Shown here in pieces: positions 57,453 to 64,000 of a DNA stretch of 64,000 nucleotides. Made by a program: the position numbers and the translations under genes. Each line of letters starts with the position of its first letter. Position 1 is the stretch's first letter. Under the pieces are notes generated by a model. It searched no databases and was not told where the DNA came from. It worked only from the letters and a program-made list of their open reading frames with translations. Source of the DNA: Bdellovibrio sp. (GTDB lineage: Bacteria; Bdellovibrionota; Bdellovibrionia; Bdellovibrionales; Bdellovibrionaceae); NCBI GenBank assembly GCA_036676395.1, contig JAKFCY010000002.1, positions 1,600,001-1,664,000 of the forward strand. The letters are read 5' to 3'.

Positions 57453-58793
57453 TTACCCTTCGTTTTCAATAACCATGGTGCCACCTTGGCCGCCACCGAT
57501 ACATAAAGTTGCTAATCCGAATTGTTTATTCGAACGTTTTAATTCTTTAGCTAATGTTAAAACCAAACGTGTGCCCGTAGCGCCTACCGGATGACCTAAA
57601 GCAATCGCTCCACCATTCACGTTTAAAATGTCATCAGTCACTGTTCCGACTTTAGCTGATAAACCTAATTTATCTTGAGCAAATTTGTCTGAATCAAAAG
57701 CTTTTTGACAAGCCATCACTTGGGCTGCGAAAGCTTCGTTAAGTTCTATACGATTCATATCTTTCATTGTAAGACCTGAACGACGAAGTGCAATAGGCGT
57801 CGAATAAACCGGGCCCAAACCCATTCTTTCAGGTTCACAACCTGCAAACGCATAACCGCGAATTTTCGCAATTGGTTTATAACCTAAGCTTTGCGCTTTT
57901 TCGCGCGACATGATTAACAACATCGCGGCGCCATCTGTAATTGGACAAGCATTACCGGCAGTGATTGTTCCTGTGACTTTGTCGACCATCGGTTTTAATT
58001 TTCCAAGGGCTTGCATAGTTTGTTCAGCACGAGGCCCGATATCTTCAGTCACAACATCTTTAAAATCTGGCTCTACATAAAGCGGAGTCATCTCTTCAGC
58101 GAATTTTGCTTTAGCACCGGCTGCTTTTAAATGTGAAGCTAGGGCGAAAGCATCTTGGGCTTCACGAGTTAAACCCCACTCCTTTGCTAAAATTTCTGCA
58201 GTTCCCATCATGTTGATTCCAACAAAAGGATCTGTAAGACCTTCAACAATTGAAATGATGGGTTTGTATTTTGTTTTCATCATCGGAGGTGTAGTTACCA
58301 TCTCTTTGATTTGCGAAAGATCAGCTTTAAACCAAGCCCATAATGCAGCCATACGTTGACCCGGAGTTTTAGCTGAACCTAATTTTTCTAAAATAGACGT
58401 AATTGAGGGTGGCATAATCAGAGGCATTTGCGACATATTTTCAGTTCCGCCAACTAATAATGCATCCATAGAGCCAGCTTTAATTTTCTCGAAACCAATC
58501 GAGATACTTTCTAACGCTGACGCACAGTTTCTGTGAACCGTAGAAGCTGAAGTTTTTTGCGGAACTCCTGAATTTAAAGCAATAACTCGGGCAATATTTA
58601 CGGCATCCGAAGGAGAACCCGTATTACCGATGATGACTTCATCAATAACGTTCACATCCAAATTCGTACGCGCGATCAAATCCTTCATGGCCACTTGGCC
58701 AAGTTTTGCAGCATGTACACTTTTTAATTTTGTTCCCGCTTTTGCAAATGGAGTACGCACTCCTTCGACAATCACAACATCTCTGTTAGACAT
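57453..58793 (-). CDS. fadI: 3-ketoacyl-CoA thiolase
   Basis: RTPF, NCAS, NEAFA, GHPVGATG and CIGGG. Confidence 0.92.
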   Translation of the reverse strand: MSNRDVVIVEGVRTPFAKAGTKLKSVHAAKLGQVAMKDLIARTNLDVNVIDEVIIGNTGSPSDAVNIARVIALNSGVPQKTSASTVHRNCASALESISIGFEKIKAGSMDALLVGGTENMSQMPLIMPPSITSILEKLGSAKTPGQRMAALWAWFKADLSQIKEMVTTPPMMKTKYKPIISIVEGLTDPFVGINMMGTAEILAKEWGLTREAQDAFALASHLKAAGAKAKFAEEMTPLYVEPDFKDVVTEDIGPRAEQTMQALGKLKPMVDKVTGTITAGNACPITDGAAMLLIMSREKAQSLGYKPIAKIRGYAFAGCEPERMGLGPVYSTPIALRRSGLTMKDMNRIELNEAFAAQVMACQKAFDSDKFAQDKLGLSAKVGTVTDDILNVNGGAIALGHPVGATGTRLVLTLAKELKRSNKQFGLATLCIGGGQGGTMVIENEG

Positions 58794-58937
58794 ATAAACA
58801 CCTCACTGTGAAAACTAACCTATAAAGCGTAAACCCAAATGAGAGCTAAAGCAATTGACGCCTATCAATATAGGACGTCTGTAATGATTGACCCTCGAAA
58901 GGTGTCAAACCTAGAATGAAAACTCTAGGAGAGAACT

Positions 58938-61283
58938 TTGAAAACTTCTGTAAATAAAACGAACCCAACTACTCAATCTGATAAAGCAACTGAACGTTCA
59001 AATTTTGATAAACAAGCCTTGGATTTTCACCAATTTCCAAAACCAGGTAAGATCGAAGTCATTTCAACAAAACCGTGTAACACCGAGAAAGCATTGGCTT
59101 TAGCTTATTCTCCAGGTGTTGCTGTTCCCTGCAAAGTGATCGCTAAAAACCCAGACGCGGTTTACGACTACACTTCAAAAGGAAACCTGGTTGCCGTGAT
59201 TTCTGATGGTACCGCAGTACTTGGTCTAGGCAACATCGGCCCCTTAGCTTCAAAACCAGTCATGGAAGGTAAAGGAATTTTGTTTAAAAACTTTGCTGGC
59301 ATCGATGTGTTCGATATCGAAGTTAAATCTTCATCAGCTGCAGAATTTATCGCGGCGGTTAGAACTTTAGAGCCCACGTTTGGTGGTATTAATTTAGAAG
59401 ATATTAAAGCCCCAGAATGTTTTGAAATTGAAGAGACTTTAAAAAAAGAAATGAACATTCCGGTATTTCACGATGATCAACATGGAACTGCGATTGTTTC
59501 AGCCGCAGCGCTAATCAATGCCTGCCAAATCGTGAACAAAAAAATTGGCGAAGTTAAGCTTGTCGTGAATGGTGCCGGAGCCGCATCGATTGCCTGTACG
59601 AAAATCTTTGTTAGCCTTGGGGTTAAAAAAGAAAATGTGATCATGTGCGATACAACTGGTGTGATTTTTAAAGGCCGCACCAACGGCATGAACAAATACA
59701 AAGAAGAATTTGCCAATGCCACAACTAAACGTACTTTGTCTGAAGCCCTTGAAAATGCAGATGTTTTCATAGGCCTTTCTGCCGCAGGTGCTGTGACAGG
59801 TGATATGGTAAAAACTATGGCGAAAGATCCAATCATTTTCGCCATGGCAAATCCAGATCCAGAAATTACTCCGGATGTAGCTCGCGCTGCCCGTCCGGAT
59901 GCCATCGTTGCCACCGGCCGTTCGGATTTTCCGAATCAAGTGAATAACGTTTTAGGATTTCCGTCGATCTTTCGCGGAGCCTTAGACACTCGTTCGACAC
60001 AAATTAATGAAGAAATGAAATTAGCTGCTGTTCACGCGTTAGCAAAACTTGCCCGCGAAGAAGTCCCTGACACTGTTTCTGCAAGCTACGGCGGACAAAA
60101 ATTTAAGTTTGGCCGTGATTATTTAATTCCAAAACCATTTGATACGCGCGTATTGATGTGGGTGGCTCCGGCTGTTGCAAAAGCAGCTATGGATTCTGGT
60201 GTTGCTAGAATCAAAATTACTGATTGGAATCAATATCGCGATCGCTTGGAAGCCATTCAAGGTCCACAAAAAGTTTTCATCAGATCTGCGATCAATCAAG
60301 TGCATGCAAACTCTGATCGCCAAGGTGCACTTCCGCGCGTAGTGTTTCCAGAAGGCTCAAGTTCAAAAATTTTAAAATCGATCAGATCTTTGATCGATGA
60401 AAAAATCTGTCATCCGATCGTGATCGGCAATCCAGATGTGATTCGCGAAAAAGCAAAAAAACACAGTATTCATATGGATGGCATTGAGATTTTAAATATT
60501 CAAGGTCACCCCAAATTTCATCAGTACTCAGAAGAGCTTTATAAACGCCGTCAACGCAAAGGCGTGAACATTAAAGAAGCCGAACGTTTAATGAATGATC
60601 CAAGTTACTTTGCAGCCATGATGCTTGATCAAGGTGATGCCGATGGCATGGTGAATGGCGCAACCACAAATTACTCGCAAGCGGTAAAACCAATTTTACA
60701 TGCGATCGGTTTAGCAAAAGATCACGTGCCTGCGGGCTTAAATATTTTAATATCTGACGACAGATTTTTATTTTTATCTGACACCACTGTAAATATTAAT
60801 CCAACGGCTGAACAATTAGCGCAAATCGCTATTCAAACAGCATTGATTGCAGAACATTTCGGTCAAAAACCAAGAATTGCGATGTTAAGTTTTTCAAATT
60901 TCAGTGGCGCCGATGGAACCCCTGCAAAAATGAAAAAGGCCGCAGAACTGGTTCGCCAGCTTCGCCCAGACTTAACCGTTGAAGGTGATATGCAAGCAGA
61001 CACCGCGGTCAGCGCAGAAATTCAAAGTCGCATCTTCCCGTTTTCACAATTAGGCGGCGAAGCAAATATTCTGATTTTTCCAAATTTAGAAAGTGCGAAT
61101 ATCTCGTATAAACTTTTACAACAGCTTGGAAAAGTTGAAGTCATCGGGCCTTTCTTAATGGGTGTACGTCGTGCAGCCAACGTTTTACAACGTACAACAA
61201 CTGAAGAAACTATTTTCAGCTCAGTGGTGTTAACTGCACTTGAAGCTCAGATTATTAAGGATCGCCGTACGGTGAAACACTAG
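58938..61283 (+). CDS. maeB: NADP-dependent malic enzyme with PTA-like domain
   Basis: AYSPGVA, FHDDQHGTA and NQVNN, plus C-terminal VFPEG and FPNL. TTG start after AGGAGA. Confidence 0.95.
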   Translation: MKTSVNKTNPTTQSDKATERSNFDKQALDFHQFPKPGKIEVISTKPCNTEKALALAYSPGVAVPCKVIAKNPDAVYDYTSKGNLVAVISDGTAVLGLGNIGPLASKPVMEGKGILFKNFAGIDVFDIEVKSSSAAEFIAAVRTLEPTFGGINLEDIKAPECFEIEETLKKEMNIPVFHDDQHGTAIVSAAALINACQIVNKKIGEVKLVVNGAGAASIACTKIFVSLGVKKENVIMCDTTGVIFKGRTNGMNKYKEEFANATTKRTLSEALENADVFIGLSAAGAVTGDMVKTMAKDPIIFAMANPDPEITPDVARAARPDAIVATGRSDFPNQVNNVLGFPSIFRGALDTRSTQINEEMKLAAVHALAKLAREEVPDTVSASYGGQKFKFGRDYLIPKPFDTRVLMWVAPAVAKAAMDSGVARIKITDWNQYRDRLEAIQGPQKVFIRSAINQVHANSDRQGALPRVVFPEGSSSKILKSIRSLIDEKICHPIVIGNPDVIREKAKKHSIHMDGIEILNIQGHPKFHQYSEELYKRRQRKGVNIKEAERLMNDPSYFAAMMLDQGDADGMVNGATTNYSQAVKPILHAIGLAKDHVPAGLNILISDDRFLFLSDTTVNINPTAEQLAQIAIQTALIAEHFGQKPRIAMLSFSNFSGADGTPAKMKKAAELVRQLRPDLTVEGDMQADTAVSAEIQSRIFPFSQLGGEANILIFPNLESANISYKLLQQLGKVEVIGPFLMGVRRAANVLQRTTTEETIFSSVVLTALEAQIIKDRRTVKH

Positions 61284-62545
61284 TGACGGAACTGCGGATT
61301 AACGACAAAGACAAAGTGATCGTAGTTGGGGTCGGTTTAAAAACTGAACCCATCTCTGAAATCAAAGAAAATCTTTGCGAACTTGAAGAGCTTGTCTCTG
61401 CCGCCGGTGGCGATGTGATTGGCTCAACAGTTCAGGTGTTACCTTCGTGGAATCCCAGCACTTTAATCGGCTCTGGCAAAGTGACCGAAATCAAAGAGAT
61501 GGTTCAAGAATCCGGCGCGCAAATTGTTGTCATCGATCATCAGTTATCAGGAATTCAATCCCGAAATTTACAAACTGAAATCGGCGTGCGCATTATTGAC
61601 CGTACGCAATTAATTTTAGATATTTTCGCCCAGCGTGCACGCACGTACGAAGGTAAACTTCAGGTAGAGCTGGCACAGCTTTTAGATCAAATGCCCCGCA
61701 TGATCGGCGCTTGGAATGATTCATTATCACGCTTAGGTGGTGGTATCGGCACACGCGGCCCCGGCGAATCAGCCTTAGAAAACGATCGCCGTCGCGCCAA
61801 AGAAAAAATTGCTTTAATTAAAAAGAAATTAGACGAAGTTTCACAACACCGTGCCCAGCACAGACAATCTCGTCGCCGTAATGAAGTTCCAAGTTTTGCT
61901 TTAATTGGTTATACCAATTCTGGAAAAAGTTCTTTATTAAATCGCCTAACAGGCGCTCAAGTTATGGCAAAAAACATGCTCTTTGCAACTCTTGATCCGA
62001 CAACCAGAAAAGTCTTTTTAGATGATGGCCCTCCAGCAGTTGTCACCGACACCGTAGGATTTATCAGAAAATTACCGACACAACTTATTGAGGCGTTCAA
62101 AGCTACGCTTGAAGAGTCTGCCGAAGCTGACATTCTTCTTCATGTCATCGATTTGTCGTCGCCAAATATGGAGCGCCAAATTGAAGTTGTTGATGGTCTA
62201 ATTAAAGAATTTGGCTGGGATAAGCAAAAGGTCATTCATATTTTTAATAAATGTGATGTGGCTTCACCGGATCGCCAGTTCAGAGTAAAACAATTTCCGC
62301 GCCTTTTTGTAAGTGCTTTAACAGGACAAGGTTTTGAGCAGCTTAAAAAAATGATGTCTGATTCAATCAATGAAATGCAAACCGAAGTAGAATTGTATTT
62401 TGCACATACCCAAGAATTTAAAATTTACGACCTTAGTCGAGAAGCTAAAATCACGCGTAAAGAGCCTGCCACAGAGGGCACCGTGTGCTATGCACTGATG
62501 ACCCCGACCTTAATCAACAAGTGGCGCGATTTCCTCGTAAAATAG
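61283..62545 (+). CDS. hflX: GTPase HflX
   Basis: GTRGPGE, GYTNSGKS, LFATLD, DTVGF and NKCD. Confidence 0.96.
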   Translation: MTELRINDKDKVIVVGVGLKTEPISEIKENLCELEELVSAAGGDVIGSTVQVLPSWNPSTLIGSGKVTEIKEMVQESGAQIVVIDHQLSGIQSRNLQTEIGVRIIDRTQLILDIFAQRARTYEGKLQVELAQLLDQMPRMIGAWNDSLSRLGGGIGTRGPGESALENDRRRAKEKIALIKKKLDEVSQHRAQHRQSRRRNEVPSFALIGYTNSGKSSLLNRLTGAQVMAKNMLFATLDPTTRKVFLDDGPPAVVTDTVGFIRKLPTQLIEAFKATLEESAEADILLHVIDLSSPNMERQIEVVDGLIKEFGWDKQKVIHIFNKCDVASPDRQFRVKQFPRLFVSALTGQGFEQLKKMMSDSINEMQTEVELYFAHTQEFKIYDLSREAKITRKEPATEGTVCYALMTPTLINKWRDFLVK

Positions 62546-62570
62546 CCTTATTGTTTGTTACAATTTAACA

Positions 62571-63716
62571 ATGAACAAAATCAAATCTGCTCTAGTGATT
62601 GTAGCACTTTTTCCTTTAACTGTTTTAGCTGACTCAGGCGAACAATGTTTATCAGGCACTTCAGGCAACAATCACTTACTGCATCAGCTTGCTCGTGTTA
62701 AAAATTCAAGCGCGGTCAGTCGCGAACTTACAAAAAAATATAATTTAGAGTCTACACATGCCGAGCCACCAGCGGGTCTTCCTTGTGCAAGTTGCCAACA
62801 AGGCCCCGGAAGCAATCCACTCAATGTAGGTAACCACGCAACCGCGCAGCTTTTACGCCAAATCGCACCCGATGCCAGATTGTTAATGAATACAGAATGT
62901 TTATCTGCTGCTGGTAAAATCGATGCACCCACAAGCGAATTAAAATGTCCTGAAGGCAAACTCTCACCAAAACACAATTTCTGTTTTAACTCTAATTTAA
63001 TGCGCTATCAAAATGCCGTGATTACAGATTTTTACAAATGCATAAAAAAATTAACAAACCTGCCTCTAACACCTGCTGGTTTATTTGAAATGTATTCTTT
63101 AGAATCTGGGTTTAAACCTCATTACACTTATGCAGGTGGTGTCGGTATCGGCCAGTTAACTGGAATCTTCATCGATGATATCAATCAAAAACATCGCGGT
63201 TTTAGCATCTTAAAAAAAGTCGCCGACACCAGCGATGCTGATTGCGATATCGCAAAAAAGATCGCCGCTAAAGATGTAAAAGCTCCGGTCCGTTTAAATA
63301 ACAATCGTTGTAAGTTTGTTGAATATGGCGAAGGCATGGAGCGTAATGTGCTTTACACTATGATCGGAATGGCTAATTCTTGGAGCAAAGATTTAGAGCC
63401 ACTTATGAGTGCCTACATTAAACGACACCACGGTAACCCGGCCTTACCACGGGTTCAAGAATTAGCCCTGCTGAATGGCTATGGCCCTGGCGGAAGAGCC
63501 GCTGCTCGTGCTGCGATTCGCCGTTTAACAAAACTGAGTCCCGTTAAATTTGCTACTACAATTAAAAAACCAATGTACGGCGGCAGAAGAGGTACCAACT
63601 TAACAAGTTATCTGGGTAAAATGGATAAGCGTCAAACACAATTGTTAGCAGATATGTCACCAAGTTTACGCAATGAGTACACGAAACAAGGAGCTCGCGC
63701 ATGTATCAACAACTAA
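62571..63716 (+). CDS. Secreted lysozyme/lytic transglycosylase-like protein
   Basis: Signal peptide. SLT-like motifs LESGF, GIGQL and NGYGPG. Confidence 0.6.
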   Translation: MNKIKSALVIVALFPLTVLADSGEQCLSGTSGNNHLLHQLARVKNSSAVSRELTKKYNLESTHAEPPAGLPCASCQQGPGSNPLNVGNHATAQLLRQIAPDARLLMNTECLSAAGKIDAPTSELKCPEGKLSPKHNFCFNSNLMRYQNAVITDFYKCIKKLTNLPLTPAGLFEMYSLESGFKPHYTYAGGVGIGQLTGIFIDDINQKHRGFSILKKVADTSDADCDIAKKIAAKDVKAPVRLNNNRCKFVEYGEGMERNVLYTMIGMANSWSKDLEPLMSAYIKRHHGNPALPRVQELALLNGYGPGGRAAARAAIRRLTKLSPVKFATTIKKPMYGGRRGTNLTSYLGKMDKRQTQLLADMSPSLRNEYTKQGARACINN

Positions 63717-64000
63717 GCTTAATCATAGCCCTATTAATTTCTGTTTCTGCTTTAGCCTCAACTCCGACGTCATTATCGCCTGAGTTAAGAAAAGACTATG
63801 ATGAGTTTCAAAAATCTTACGAAGATGCTGTGACGATGTCTGAAGATAAAGCTAAATTCTTAAAAGAATTTAAAGGCATCGAAACTAATTTGCAAAAAAA
63901 ATACAAAGCTTTTGATAAAAAAGAAGGCCAAGCTATCACCAACGAAGGCAATCAAATGGCCTTAGATATCGAAATGCTTGAGCCGTTAAAAATCATTGCT
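63701..64000 (+). CDS. Secreted helical hypothetical protein (3' partial)
   Basis: AGGAG RBS, ATG at 63701, MYQQLSLIIALLISVSALA signal peptide, open to the window end. Not in the ORF track. Confidence 0.7.
   Translation, partial: MYQQLSLIIALLISVSALASTPTSLSPELRKDYDEFQKSYEDAVTMSEDKAKFLKEFKGIETNLQKKYKAFDKKEGQAITNEGNQMALDIEMLEPLKIIA

Noticed and set aside
58938..61283. Malic enzyme-PTA fusion as a novelty
   Set aside because: This is the well-known hybrid MaeB architecture.
1..64000. CRISPR arrays, rRNA, tRNA, prophage or intact transposase
   Set aside because: I saw no regularly spaced repeats, RNA-gene signatures or phage/transposase ORFs. Intergenic gaps are short.

Overview
AT-rich, densely coding bacterial chromosomal segment. 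The gene content (TIGR04552-like protein, hybrid malic enzyme MaeB, IcmF, many secreted hypothetical proteins, sigma54- and FliA-type promoter motifs) suggests a Bdellovibrionota-like organism; this is an inference. Housekeeping and metabolic loci are metG, trpS, xdhABC with a divergent guanine deaminase, feoAB, two head-to-head PTPS/QueD paralogues, psd, crt-hbd-icmF, plsC, lspA, fadIJ and maeB-hflX. I saw no rRNA, tRNA, CRISPR array, prophage or intact transposase. The most interesting locus is 21275-24414: two divergently transcribed, signal-peptide-bearing proteins that both carry atypical protein-kinase-fold motifs. One is Fam20C/Four-jointed-like, the other has a degenerate catalytic loop, and each has its own sigma54 -24/-12 promoter. 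Other leads are a dispersed sigma54 promoter set, FliA-type promoters, a secreted legumain/C13-like protease, a RelA/SpoT-like orphan coupled to plsC, a secreted lysozyme-like protein, and a short IS3-end-like inverted-repeat remnant. All family calls come from reading motifs by eye; no searches were run.
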